From assembly GCF_009914755.1 (NCBI RefSeq), contig NC_060945.1: DNA of 64,000 nt; one strand, given 5' to 3'. Position numbers and translations under genes: made by a program. Positions 30,709 to 44,290 of this stretch are shown here, piece by piece. This DNA comes from the human T2T-CHM13v2.0 reference genome, Homo sapiens. Within the stretch, counting starts at the first letter, position 1; every line of letters starts with the position of its first letter. A model generated the notes under the pieces. The model was not told where the DNA came from. It made no database searches and saw nothing but the letters and a program-made list of their open reading frames with translations.

Positions 30709-31098
30709 CTATTTGCATATATAATAATAATTTTTGTCTTATCATTATTTATTATTTAATAAATAAATAAATATATATGGGCATTCAGACATTTCTGAGC
30801 CTTCACTTTGAAGCTCCTGACTGAGATCTTGGATGAGGAAAGAAATATCTGAAATATACAACCACATTAAATGAAAAAACACTTGCTGAGGCTCCTTCTA
30901 TATGGGGTAATCTTGTAATTTATCAAACAAAACAGGATGAGAGTAAAAGAATGGCTATTTATTACTGTGCCAAGAAATCAGGAAATCAAGCATATACTGG
31001 ACTGTCACAGAAAACATGGATGTATAATAAGCTTTCACATAATCCTCTGTGACAATAGAACATTAAGTTCACAATATATTGGTCCATAAAGATTGATT

Positions 31099-31157
31099 AA
31101 AGCTGATTCTAAGAGAAAATGAAAAAGCTGATTCTAAAAGAAAATGAAAAAGCTGAT
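31099..31157. repeat. 25-bp tandem duplication x2.3
   Basis: aaagctgattctaa(g/a)agaaaatgaa repeated. Confidence 0.85.
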
Positions 31158-32519
31158 GGGGAAACTAAGAGATTCATCTTGAAACTGCAGAAAGCACAAT
31201 TACAAATCTGTAGAAGAAGTGTTTTTATATATGTTGCCTCTGTGGAGACATTTTTATCGGTAAAGTCCTCTTTGTAAATGGAGCGATTAATACTATGTGC
31301 TTTAAAGAATTAGACTCAAATAATATCTTTCAATGAATGTTATCAAATTTTCTCTCTGTTACTTAGTTCATTTTTATGTAAATCTTAATATAAATCAGTA
31401 ACACATCATATAGTGTTAATGGGTCATACATAAAAATTTTATCTCTCCTCATTTTATAAGTGACATACAAAATTGTATGTTTTCTTCAGTAAGTACCCAG
31501 ATTACAATTTTGCTCAAAATATAAAAATTGTGAATATTAAATAGACAATATAGTTAGTATTACAAAATATTTATAAAATAACTTTGGGAAATTTGTCAAA
31601 ATTAGACCTAAAATTCTAAAAGTCCTTTTAAAGAAATCATGAACAATTAAAATACTTGGACACCTTTCACATTTGAGAGACCTGCACCACAATAAGTCAA
31701 GCAAATTTCTAAGTCTCTGCCTGCCTTAAATTCTTCCCCGCTGAGCTGAGGATACCAGAGGTTGACAACTGTAGCCTCATCCTGCAGCATCTGTGCTAAG
31801 TCAGTGGAAGCTCTGCTTGGCAAGACTGAAACACCACCATCTGTAGGAAGGCTGTTACTCTCACTCTGGAATGTCTAGTGGAATTGTAGAATTACATGCT
31901 ATGATGATATAAAACTTCCTCTCATGTGTGGGTTGGCAATGTGAAGAAATTTCAAGGACAATCCCCAAAATCAATTCAATTAAATTGAATGAAATATTTG
32001 ATCTCTTACAAATTTCTCAACTTTGTCGTGACTGGAAAGTACATCACAAAGAACATCAAAAACTTCATTGTGCTTAAAAATAATCATTATTTATTCATGT
32101 GAAAATCATAATTATAATTGTGTGAAAATGAAGAAATTTTTTACCTGTTCTTCCATTTTATGCAAACATACATTATCCTACAGTTTGTGATACACATTAA
32201 TTTTAATGTAGTAATATCCTAGACCTGTTAAATGAATCCTAATTACTCCACATTCTCATGAAATTTACAGGTCATTTAAATAAACATCCTCAATTCTATA
32301 ATAAAGATTGAGAATTAGGGAGGAACTGATGAATTTCATAATCAATTTAAAACTATTCCCTCTCTGATTTATACTCATGAATGTGTTGTTAAATTTTCAA
32401 TGATTAGTCCTCTTGAGGATGAGGGAAAAGCCCTCATTTTGGGGATTTGTTGATTCCTGTGGGGCAATACTTCTGTCATAACTTAATATAAACTATGTAA
32501 AAGTTAAATCATTTCCTCC

Positions 32520-32883
32520 TTTATTAGTCTGTTCTCACACTGCTAGTAAAGACAAACCCGACACTGGGTAATTTATGAAGGAAAGAGATTTAATTGCCTT
32601 ACAATTCATCATAGCTGGGGAGGCGTCAGGAACCTTACAATCAAGGCAGAAGGGGAAGCAAGCACATCCTTCTTCACAGTGGCAGGAAGGAGAAGTGCCA
32701 AGAAAAGGGAGCAAAGCCCCTTATAAAACCATTAGATTTCTTGAGAACTAACTCACTATCATGATATTTTACTTACTATCATGAGAACAGCATGAGGGTA
32801 ATAATTCAATTGCCTCCCACTAGGTCCCTTCTATGGCACATGAGGATTACAGGAGTTACAATTTAAGATGAGATTTGGGTGGC
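32520..32883 (-). mobile_element. THE1B/C-like LTR, 5' terminus missing
   Basis: tattagtctgttctcacactgct...ctgggtaatttat...agatgagatttgggtgg. Confidence 0.88.
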
Positions 32884-34717
32884 TTCCTTTTTCTATTATC
32901 ATGCCCCCCAATAGTTCCTAATTGTCAATATATTTTTTCTCTATATTTTTATTTTTATACAATATTGGATGTTCCTTCAAGGAAATAACCATATGCTTGA
33001 CATTTTTTGCATTTTTTCCAACATCTTCATTAGTATACAGTGTGAGTTATAACATCACATTTCTGACGGTGATAATTACCAAATGAGAATAAGGGTCTCC
33101 TTGTTCTATATTGAAAATCTACAGACTGTACTTTTAGCAAATGTCTTGTCTTGGAAGACTTCGTGGAAATTGTCCAAATGCTCACTACTTACAATAATCT
33201 TTTCTAGCCCAACTCTAGGATTAGGCATAAATGCACTGATTATTCCAGGAGAAAAGCAGATGCTTCCCTAACCACAGATATTGAACTGGTAAAAGAAAGT
33301 GGTGCGTAGCTTCTACCATATCATATTGCTGTTATATGTTAGACACTAAACCCACCATTAAGGAGACCAGTGCTTTGTTAATCTTTCAGCTCAAATGTCC
33401 CACAGCCTAATGATTTTTGTCTTGCTCCTTGATTCAACCTGATTCAGAGGCCTTACTTTGCCATATTCCTGTATATATGAACAGTGTGCTGTACATCACC
33501 CCATCTCCCCAGAGTGATGGAGCGAAAAGAATCCTAAACCTCTCTTGGTGATTATTGGCTTATATGAGTTTCCCCTTTGTGTACTGCTCCAGAAGTCTTG
33601 ATATAGGTCTGATCATTATCCATGTTTTAAGACCCCTAGTACAGTGCTCTGGGAAGAATTTTATCTATCACTTTGTATGGGAAGAAATCCTTATGTGTGT
33701 TACCTAGAAGCTCTATTCAGCTTTGATTTGGAAAAAAGTTAAACTTCTACAATTACTTTAAAACACTTTACATGGCCATATTAAGTAGAAATATTTCTAG
33801 AGAATGCATATTACAGAATGTATTGGATTTAAATTGCCTGTTTTTTTAAAATTAAAATCAAATGTGTGCTGATACTAGCCATTAACCTTCAGAATTAGGC
33901 ACAGAACTAAAGACGTCTGGAAAAGCAACCAGCCTAATTGTCCATTTGCCTTGCCATCTTAACATTAACTTTGCAAAGTAGCTTATTAATTGTCAGACAG
34001 TATAGAGCAGTGCTCATGAAATGACATGCTCTTTCACTTTATTCCCTTGTTTCTGAAATTTATTCTGTCTGCCTTAATGGTTTATTACTTTCTCCCAAAG
34101 AATTAAACAAATATGCATCAATTGGCATAATTTGACACTTGTTTAAAAAAAGACATTCTTGGAATGGAGCATGATATTGTTTTTTCACCTCAGACTGGCT
34201 TTAGTGTATACTCAACTTTGCAATATGGTTAAAAAGTTGTATCTTAAATGAGCACATTATCCTTGGTTTTGTCCTGTGAGTAAAGTCCTCTGTTTGGAAT
34301 GTGTTCTGTTATTGGACCTAAAGGCATATTTTCTTAATTGCTCCATTTCTATTATAACATATTTCTGTTTCTTTGGTCCACAGGATATATTTACATGTCC
34401 TGAATTACTGTAATTACTCAGCCACTATCCAGCTAACCTTTTATATGCACACTCTGCACCTGGATAGTTTATTTGCATTTTAGGTACACCTTTCCCTCCC
34501 CTGCTGCTGTAATTGGGACAAATAGGACTTGTTATCACCAAGGAAAACAGTCATTCTCTTTTTCCCCACATTAAATACTGTTCCCTTAAACACTTCAGTG
34601 GAAACCCTGTCTCTAGAGAAATGATATTTTTCACAATTATTTGAAAAATGTGTTTTTCTGTGGTTGGCACCATTATTTGCTTGTGGCTTTTATCCAGGTA
34701 AATGGGAAAATAATAGA

Positions 34718-34800
34718 AAGACTGACTGACAGAGAGAGAGAGAGAGAGAGAAAGAGAGATAGAGATAGATACACAGAGAAAGAAGACAGAAGAAGAGAGA
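34718..34800. repeat. (GACT)/(GA)n/(GATA) purine-rich simple repeat
   Basis: Directly visible. Confidence 0.85.
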
Positions 34801-35396
34801 ATATTTAACCATAATGAATTTATATACAGTTACTGTAAATATGTTTCTTAACATAAAGAGGAGATCTCCAAAGATTTATTTTGCTAGAATGAATCTTAGT
34901 TTAATATTTATTTTTGAGGGAAATAGGTTTTAAATATATTGATTTAAAAAGGCCCACTTTATATTTTGTCTTCAAAGTAATTTGTAAACTTTTCAATTTA
35001 GATGTGTCCTGATGGTTGAGAAAGTTGTGAAGATACCAACAAACAAAATTTCATAACATTTTTATTATTCATTATTAAAAATTGGCTATTTTGTTCTTAA
35101 ATTTACTTTCAGTAGATATATGTTCTATATTATGGATAAATGAGGTAAATAAATTAAGAACCCAGTTGTTGTCCTTCTGTCTATTTAGAATGTCTTCTGT
35201 ATCCCTAACTAAATCATACTCAAACTTGGAAGACACTGTTCCAATTAGACTTTCTCCATACAATTATACCTCACTGTTGAATGCTACTTTAACCTTCCCT
35301 TTAGCTGGGGTCCCATACCACATCAGGCCTCCAGTTGCTTAATGACACTAGTATTTATGCTTTAGTGGGAAGGAATCATCAGTGTGATACAATAAC

Positions 35397-35775
35397 TGAT
35401 ATGGTTGGCTTTGTATCCTCCCTCAAATCTCATCTTGAATTGTAATCCCCATAATTCTCATGTGTCATGGGAGAGACCCAGGGAGGGGTAACTGAATTAT
35501 GGGGGCAGTCTCTCTCATGCTATTCTCATGACAGTGAATGAGTCACAAGATCTGTGAGTCACATCACAAGATCTGATGTTTTATAAGCATCTGGCAATTC
35601 CCCTTCTGGCATTCATTGTCTCTCCTGCTGCCCTGTGAAGAGGTGTTTTCCACCATGATTGTAAGACTCCTAAGGCCTCCCCAGCCATGCGGAACTTTGA
35701 GTAAATTAAAACTCTTCTTTATGAATTACCTAGTCTTGGGTATTTCTTCATAGCAGCATGAGAAAGGATAATACA
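35397..35775 (+). mobile_element. THE1C/D-like solo LTR
   Basis: tgatatggttggc...ataataca; TSD ataac (35392-35396, 35776-35780). Confidence 0.92.
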
Positions 35776-36467
35776 ATAACTGATCAAAGACCTCAGAACA
35801 AGAAGACTCTGATTTTTGAAATCTGAATTTGAACTGTTTTGACATTCCCTACCTACATGGCCTCAGTCACGATTACATTTTTTTCTCTAGTTTAAAACTT
35901 ACTTATTCAACAATAATAAGTAAAACAAATGAAAACAACTTGTTGACCATCAAATAATCCTGGATATAAAGATAATTAAGACACAGCCTCTGTCTTCAGA
36001 AAGAAAATAGGATGGAGTACCATCTTTAGACATAGGCAAGAAAAGGGCTTGAGCTGGGTTCCAGTTTAGTGAAGGCCTCCTCAGTCTGTCTCTCCTCCAT
36101 CAGCTCCTCACAGTCATGGCTATAGCCTGGGGGCCAAGGAGATGTGTCCTGCCAACATCCTTCTTCAGGTACTCAAGATTCCACAACTTTTTGTAAACAG
36201 CCCGAAGGCCACATGCAGGGAATGCATAATCTTCTATTTCTGTCAGTTTTCTTAGGGGCAAAATGTGCTATTAATGTGTACCCCAAAGATCTGAGCAGTG
36301 GCTGAGAGACAGATTGGCAGGCTGGCTGCTCATCCATGTGGTTACACACTAAGCCTCTCCTAAGTGAGAAGAATAAAGGAGATGAGCCATGGGCCAGGAA
36401 ATTTGAGGCTTAAAAAATTCTAAACTTGAACCTAGAGTTATAGTCATTGCAAAGATATAATTGCCAA

Positions 36468-36742
<275 letters not shown>

Positions 36743-36782
<40 letters not shown>
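36743..36782. repeat. (AGAT)10 STR
   Basis: Ten perfect units. Confidence 0.95.
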
Positions 36783-36783
<1 letters not shown>

Positions 36784-38289
36784 TAGGTATAGTTTTCAAG
36801 ATAGATGAACAGAATATGCTGTGAGCAGTTGTGAGCTTGATTTAACTTTTACATATTGAAATACATGAAACACAGAGATCTCCAATGATTTCTTGTCCCA
36901 TATTAATATCTAAACCCCAACTGAACTCTCACAAATACTAAATAGGGTCTGATTAAAAAAAGGACATTTATTGTAATTTAACCTAAGTTGTCAGAGAGGC
37001 CACTTTCTTTTTGGTAGAAAGAAAACATAATCTTGATTTAGGCAGATAAATAGAAAGTACCTAATCAAAGTGTAGAAACTCAGGCATTCTACATAGATCC
37101 TAATGCTTGCATGATGCTCTTTGGGAAGAAAGCCAAGTTGACATGGGGAGAGGCACCTGGTTCAACAAAGCCAAGCTATAGGTTTTAAAGAGGATATAGC
37201 ATTTAGTTTACTTAAAATGTTAGAAACATTATCTACTATGGTATTTATTTCCTTTGGTTTGGCTTTACAGTTTTGGTTTTTTTGCCCTTCAAAGACGAGA
37301 AAGAGAACCAGCTTTGTTACAAACCTATATTGCTGAATTTTAATTGTTTTATAATTATTTCTGGCAAGATTATATAAAGATTATATTCCTTAAAGTAGCC
37401 ACTTTAAAGGTCTATCAGGTGGTGAAGTTAAAGGGCTAAACAAACAAATGCTTTTATTAATTCAATTTTCAATATGGCTGAAATGTGACATCACAATTTC
37501 TGTGCAATCAGATTAAAGTCATACATCTGAGCTTATCACAAGGCCTTGAAATTAAGCAAAAGAGCAAGAACTCCCCTTTCAATATGAGGACAACAAATAA
37601 GAAAGTTAAACACATCAAAGTCCAAATAGAGATTTCAAAGAGCAGATTTTCAATATGAATCTATGCAATAGTACAGGAAGAAGATGTAGAAAAACTGGCT
37701 AAATATTCTCCAGGCTCATAGGCCCAATCAAAGACAAAGATTTACTCTCAGGCTACTTGATCAGGCACTGAAATCCATTGGATTTCTCAGTTTGAAATGA
37801 AAGCCAAAACCAGTAAATAAAATGTGAGAGATAAACCACACTTTACTGCTGAAAGTTTAATTTAAGCAATATTTGAGTGTGTGTGAAATATAAGCTTTTA
37901 GATCTCTTCTTTAACAGATTTTATGAATTGCCCATTCCATCTCTATCTCATGAACATTTCATCTATTTTGGATAAAGTATGGCTTAAAACATTAGTACTA
38001 ACTACTGTCAGTATTTTGTTTAAAACGTAGCACGAAACAAATATTCAAAATCAAGGAAACAAAAAAACAAAACAAAACAAAAAACAAATATTCCCTCAAT
38101 TCCTAACAATTGAGAGTAGGAAGAATAAAACATAAAGTATTCTGCTTTTTACTTTCCCTGTGAGTAATTTTCTTTAAAATCCCAAGTAGAACTCTGAATT
38201 TAAAATCATTTTGCAGCAAATTTCAGAATTTTGTTGTTTTTTTCAGTATAGTCCTTCTTGTCATTGTATTAAGTTTAGTTACATTAACT

Positions 38290-38530
38290 TATACCTTCAC
38301 TTTAAAGTAACCTCATACTTAGATCTGAGCCCATAACATATACAATATATGACACAAATATAAAAGAAAGCAAGAAATTGTTTACCACAAAAATGAGGAG
38401 AATAGTTAACTTTAGGGAGGAGAGCATTGTGATTGCAAAAAGGCATATTGCAGTCTTCCAAGATTTTGGAAATGGTTTTTGCCTTGGTTGCACGACAATT
38501 TGTTTTATAATTAATGCATAAAATGCATTG
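38290..38530 (+). mobile_element. L1ME-like 3' end remnant
   Basis: gaatagttaactttagggagg...gtcttccaagattttggaaatg...tttgttttataatt. Confidence 0.5.
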
Positions 38531-38903
38531 ATCTTTTTAATTATAAGAATGCTAAAATCCATTTTGTCTATTAATGATAAAGTGTTTTCAACAGGATTAT
38601 AGTCTGACTCTATTAAAGACTAGACGGTATACTTAACTTACATCTTGAGTTCATGTAGATTTTGAGGAGATATTATTTTCTCTCTTCATGAATTTCCCGA
38701 GCATGTTCACTCCATCAAGAATAACTGCCAATCAGCTAAAGTTTAAAAGAAGTGGTTTTGTACCACATCCAAAGAATCTTTCAGAAATCATCTAGTCTCA
38801 TGGTACAGATGCAGGACATCTAATTATGATGTGAAAAATTGACCATGAAAAAAGGAACATCATATAGCGACCGAACAAAACCTGTCATTAAAATACAAAC
38901 TCT

Positions 38904-39197
38904 GGCCGGGTACTGTGGCTTACACCTGTAATCCCAGCACTTTGGGAGGCGGAGGCAGGCAGATCACCTGAGGTGGAGAGTTCGAGACCACCCTGACCAA
39001 CATGGAGAAACTTTGTCTCAACTAAAAATAGAAAAATTAGCCGGGCGTGGTGGCACATGCCTGTAATCCTAGCTACTTGGGAGGCTGAGGCAGGAGGATC
39101 ACTTGAACGTGGGAGGCAGAGGTTGCGGTGAGTCAAGATCGTGCCATTGCACTCCAGCTTGGGCAACAAGAACAAAACTCCGTCTCAAAAAAAAAAA
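38904..39197 (+). mobile_element. AluSp
   Basis: ctgaccaacatggagaaa, gttgcggtgag, ccattgcac, gggcaacaaga..aaaactcc. Confidence 0.93.
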
Positions 39198-39202
39198 CCT
39201 CT

Positions 39203-39383
39203 TAGCTTGGCACGTTGGTGCATGCCTGTAGTCCAAGCTACTTGGGAGACTGAGGTTAAAGGATCACTTGAGCCAGGAGTTTGAGGCCACAATGCACCAA
39301 AATCACACCACTGCACTCCAGCCTAGACAACAAAGTGAGACTCTGTTTCGAAAAAAAAAAAAAAAAAAAAAGAAAGAAAAAAA
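39203..39383 (+). mobile_element. AluJ right arm / FRAM
   Basis: ggatcacttgagccaggagtttgaggc; long A tail. Confidence 0.85.
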
Positions 39384-39799
39384 ACCTTTCTTTAATAATA
39401 AAATATTCCACAAAATATTTTATTACAGCTAATCCCATCCTTACAGCTGACCTTATTTTGGTACAAATTTAGGTGTTTATATAGTCGATTTGATCAATAT
39501 TGCAGTCAATAAAAGATGCTGACTAAGCTGCCTTGGAGGATTAATTTTGTAGTGCAAGTTCAATAAATGGTTAAATTAATTTATTGTTTGATCAAATTCA
39601 AGGGAATCTATTTTACCTTGAAGTAAATCAGTATATACAAAGGAATAAAATGCTTTTCTCTGCAACATCTTCTAGGACATTTGCACTGATAATATCAGCA
39701 TCAGTTTCTCCAATGTATTTGTGTCAGGAAATGGGCAAGGATTTATTGAGTAGACAAAATGGTGAACTGCAGTATCAGTTGGAAATATTTAGGTAAAAC

Positions 39800-40265
39800 A
39801 TAACTGAACATCTTTACTGTTTGAAGGTGAGTCTTCTAATTATATATGCTCAACAAAAAGATATATCTACTTTCCTCGCTCTCTAGTATTTAAGCTGTAG
39901 GCAGGTGTCTGAGACTTAGGCAATGAATATTTCATGTGATATTTAATTGTTGAGAAAGTGACACGAAAGCACACAGGCAATTGGAGGTTAATAGTCAACA
40001 GTTGCTGACTTGAGATTCACTCTCACTGTTCTGAGAGAAAGTACTCAGAATAAAAGAGGTGTCTGACATTACTGAATGTCTAGGAACAATAGTGATAACA
40101 ACAGCTTCTGAACCAGAGAGTTCTTGATGTTTGAGACTTGATATGTTCTACATCTCACTTAGTTCCTGAGTATTTTGTAAGTATTAAGTACATTCTTTTG
40201 AAATGCCTGCTTTTCCTTCAGTTAAGTGATTCACTTTCTATTGATATCAACAGAAAACTCTGATT
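39800..40265 (+). mobile_element. LTR33-like (ERVL) remnant
   Basis: 3' end cttttccttcagttaag...tttctattgatatcaacagaaaactctgat. Confidence 0.4.
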
Positions 40266-40795
40266 TGTAAAGCAAGAAATCAAATTCTTAGCACTGTATT
40301 TTACTCTGTTATGTTTTATTGTATTATTTGTTACTGCTGTAGGTACTTATTCTTTTGCCTGAAAGAAAAATGGTAATAGTCACCTCAGTTCCATTGTTAC
40401 CTCTTTGTACATAGCTTATGTTTTGTTTGTGTTTCTCTTTAAGGCAGAACTCACATTTGCTAGGTTAATGGCATGTGATTCATTGACCTTGCATCATTTT
40501 AGTAATCCAAATCGAGGAAAGCTCTTGAGCAAGGACACGAGAAAGCCCCAAGAGTCACCTATATTCACTTGTAGTTAACGAAGCCTACAGAGGGTAGCTT
40601 TCACTGGCCTTTTATCCACAAGGATATGGGACATGATATTTGTCTCATCCCCAGCATATAAAATGATATTCCTGCTTCTTACAGAGTAGGACTAAAGCAG
40701 AACAAATTAGAATGTGATTACATAATAGCTAGACTAATTTCTAAATAATTTAATGAAGCAATTAAATTTTTTTAATGTGAGCAGGTTTTTGCCAT

Positions 40796-40853
40796 GTGTG
40801 TGTCTGTATACACACACACACACACACATACACATATATACGTATATATGTAC

Positions 40854-40884
<31 letters not shown>
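40796..40884. repeat. Compound (TG)/(CA)/(TA)/(GA) microsatellite in AluJ tail position
   Basis: Directly visible. Confidence 0.9.
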
Positions 40885-41170
40885 TTGGGTGTGGCTCTGT
40901 CACCATGACTGAAGTGCAGTGGCACAATCACAGCTAATTGCATTGCAGCCTTGACCTCCCTGGGCTTAAGCGATCCTCCCATCTCAGCCTCCAAAGTAGC
41001 TGGAACTACAGGTGCACACCACCATGTACAGCTAAACATTTTTTGTATTTTTGTAGAGATGGGGTTTTGCCATGTTGCTCAGGCTGGTCTTAAAATCCTG
41101 GGTGCAAGAAATCTGCCGGCTTGTAATCCTAGAGTGCTGGGATTACAAGTGTGAGCCACTATGCCTGACC
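40885..41170 (-). mobile_element. AluJ
   Basis: gcagccttgacctccctgggcttaagcgatcctccc; ttttgtagagatggggttttgcc. Confidence 0.9.
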
Positions 41171-42068
41171 TATATATATTTTGAGATAGCCCTTGCATTG
41201 TCGAGTACTTTCTTACTTTATACCTATGATAATCTGCATAGGGATTAACTTGCAAAATCTATTTACTATATTCAATTACTTAGAAAGTTACTGAATAACT
41301 ATCAGAGAGATTAGAGAAGACCTTTGGATCTATACTAGTTCTGAAATTGGACTACTTATTTTCTTCATTTTATTCATCTTTAGATTCATGTGTACCACAA
41401 GACCCTTAATTTACAGCACAACTATACACGGATATAGATAGAGAAATATAAAATATTTCTCCTTTTGAACAAAATGAGCCTAAAAATTTTATATTCAGTA
41501 TTTTATTAAACTATGAACAAATTAAACATGCAAACTCTTAAAGGACTTTACACATTCAGTAAAGAAGATAAAGTGTGGCTAATAAATAAATGTATTTTTA
41601 ACTTTGTCAGTGTGAAATTTAGCAATGTAATAATTTTATTATCTAGATGAGTAATTGTAAAGTCGTCTTAAAAATTGGTACAGTGTAATAGGTCTAACGA
41701 ATAAGAGGTATTTTTGAGCAATTCATAGGAAAGAATTAGATTTTATCTTTAGCCACTCTAACTAGCATTGGTTGGTGTTATTGCCAACATTTAAGAATAT
41801 CTATTAAAAAACAAATAAAAATCAAAGATGAGAAAAGCAAGAGATTTTGTTTTAGATACTTTATTCTCGGTTTATTTTTATGACAGTATGGTTTTCTCAT
41901 ATAGCATTGAATATGATCAGGCATAATTGTGATTCAAATTACTTATTATGCTTGTTAAAATTTGACTTATTTATGACATTGCTAACCACATACATACCTT
42001 CATTAAGAATACAATCAGCATGTAGCAGCTTCCTTTATGTTATTATACAATAAGTTCACTACTTCAGG

Positions 42069-42177
42069 CATACATATATATATATATAAAATATATGTAT
42101 AATATCAAGTAATGAACTATATATATAAAGTAAACTGTGTGTGTGTGTGTGTGTATATATACGTGTGTGTGTGTGTA
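42069..42177. repeat. (TA)n and (TG)n microsatellites
   Basis: Directly visible. Confidence 0.9.
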
Positions 42178-42939
42178 GTTACCTGTGCTTGATTTACTAT
42201 GCATTATTTTATTTGTATTATTACCTGTCATGGCTTATCCTCACTGGTTAAAAAAAGTGTTTATCTGACAAAATGTGAATCCAGCTTTTCCAATAGCTCC
42301 ATGAAAAATCTAATATCCTTTGAAACATAAATTGCTAATGGTATTGATTTTCACTTTATAAATCCTTATTGATCCATAGTGAATTAAACATGTAAATTGC
42401 AGTGCCTTGGAAACAAGCAGTATCTTTCTTTCTAAAACAAATCTGTAGAACTTTTAATTTTTTAAATGAATTGCCACAGAAGGATTGTATATTTTCATGT
42501 AAAAGTTTTCAATTGTTCTATTACACATTAAAAATATATATTTTATAACCTGTTTTAGAATACAAAAATACTATATTTACAAAAGAGTATGACCATAATT
42601 GTTCTACTTTTTCAATAAGGGGATTGGATTAAACCCCTTGCCTTGCTATGATTTAAGCTACCTCTTTGACTAATGTTATGGTAGTGGGGTTTGCAACTTG
42701 TCAAGAAAATAAAAAGACAAAAATTATTAGATGGCATTGTCATACATTCCCGTATATCACAATAATTTCTATTAAATTACATAATAATAGTAATGCATGA
42801 AAAGCTGTATCAGTTATACACTATGACAAATTTAAAAGATTATGATATATACATTCTTTGCATTTCCTATTATTTTTTAGTAAATATGTTCACATTTTCC
42901 TCCTCTAGTTTAAGCTTTGAAATTTATTTGGTAATTAAA

Positions 42940-44290
42940 TACAATTATTCATCAAAGTCCATACATTATTCCAATTTCCATAATATTTACCTATTTTTTA
43001 ATTTCAATATTCTATACAGAGTGCCACTTTGCAATGTACTGAATGTACCTCACATGTACCATTACATTGGGAGGCTCACAATTTCAACATACGGAATTTG
43101 GAGGGACAGGTGGAGTTGAAGCTTTTGAAAGTTGATGAGGTTATAAGGGTGGAGCCCTCATTAATGGAATTAGTGCCATTATAAAAGAAACCCCAGAGAG
43201 CTCTCTTATCCTCTTTCTGTCCTGTGAAGATACAATGGAAGCCTGTAAACTGGAAAAGGACCCTTGCCAGCACCTGACCATGCTAGCACACTGATCTTGG
43301 ACTCCCCAGCCTCCAGAACAGATCATTTTTCCTTGTTTGGGGGAGACTTAGTCTATGGTACTTTGTTATAGCAGCCCCAGATAAGTAAGACACACATTAC
43401 ATTTACTTGTTATGTCTCTCTAGATGTCTCCGCCTCTTGACTGGGGCAGTTTTGCAAACTTTTCTTATTTTTGACTGATAGTTTTAGTGTAGACTAGTCA
43501 GACATTTTGTAGAATGAGAATTTTCATGATTTTTTCTCATTATTATACTTGGTTTCTGACTTTTGGAGTGGAACGTCATGGAGGAAAAGCATCATTTTCA
43601 TCATATCACAAGGCTGTGTTTTATCAGCATGATTTAATCAGCGTTGATATTAACCTGGACAACCTAGCTGAGATGGTGTTGTGTATGTCTTTTTAAACAG
43701 ATATATTTGTATCAATAAAGTATCTATCTCTATACACATGCACACTCACAAACACACACAAATCTGTGTGTATATTAAGCTAAACGGGAGTATATTCTGA
43801 TGCTTCCAAATTTATTCTATTACCACATGGGTCATTCTAGCTTTTTCTCCTGGTTTGTCTATAATTTTCCACTCCAACAGTGAGAATTTTGAATCCTTCT
43901 ATCTACCATTCATTTATTTTATTTTAAAAATCTTATTATAAATCTGTCTTGGTATAAGAATTGTCAACCTGTACCACCATGAGAACTTTTCAAACTACAG
44001 TACAGTGTTACATACAGTTCCTTTTGCAATGTGTTTTACAGACTCAACTCATTTCCAATATTACTTAGATCAATACCTTTTTCACTAACCAGTTTCAGTG
44101 AGTTTCTTTCCAATATTGGTAATGCAATTAGGTTCCTTTGTCAGAATTGGAATTCTTTCCTGAGATCCATCAATCTCTAAAAATGTGGACACATATATAG
44201 ATCTAAATTATTGTTTTAATTTGAATTTCCCCTGGTGATAAATAATGTTAAGTGTTATTTCCCATGTGCATTTGTCATTTATACCCTTTT
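42940..44290 (-). mobile_element. L1MC-like 3' region, split by MLT1A
   Basis: cacattacattta.ttg...ttttgtagaatg...cattttcatcatatca...gttgatattaacctggacaacctagctgag. Confidence 0.65.
43030..43392 (+). mobile_element. MLT1A/MLT1A0 LTR with internal micro-inversion
   Basis: gggtggagccctcattaatggaattagtgcc...gatcttggact..ccagcctccagaac...taagaca; near-TSD cactt/cacat. Confidence 0.85.

Noticed and set aside
30345-35775. Two same-strand THE1 LTRs as one provirus
   Set aside because: Each has its own TSD (ctatt, ataac) and the intervening DNA does not resemble THE1-internal sequence.
36030-36440. GC-richer island as a possible exon or promoter
   Set aside because: No CpG enrichment, ORF or convincing splice pair; more likely an old unrecognised repeat.
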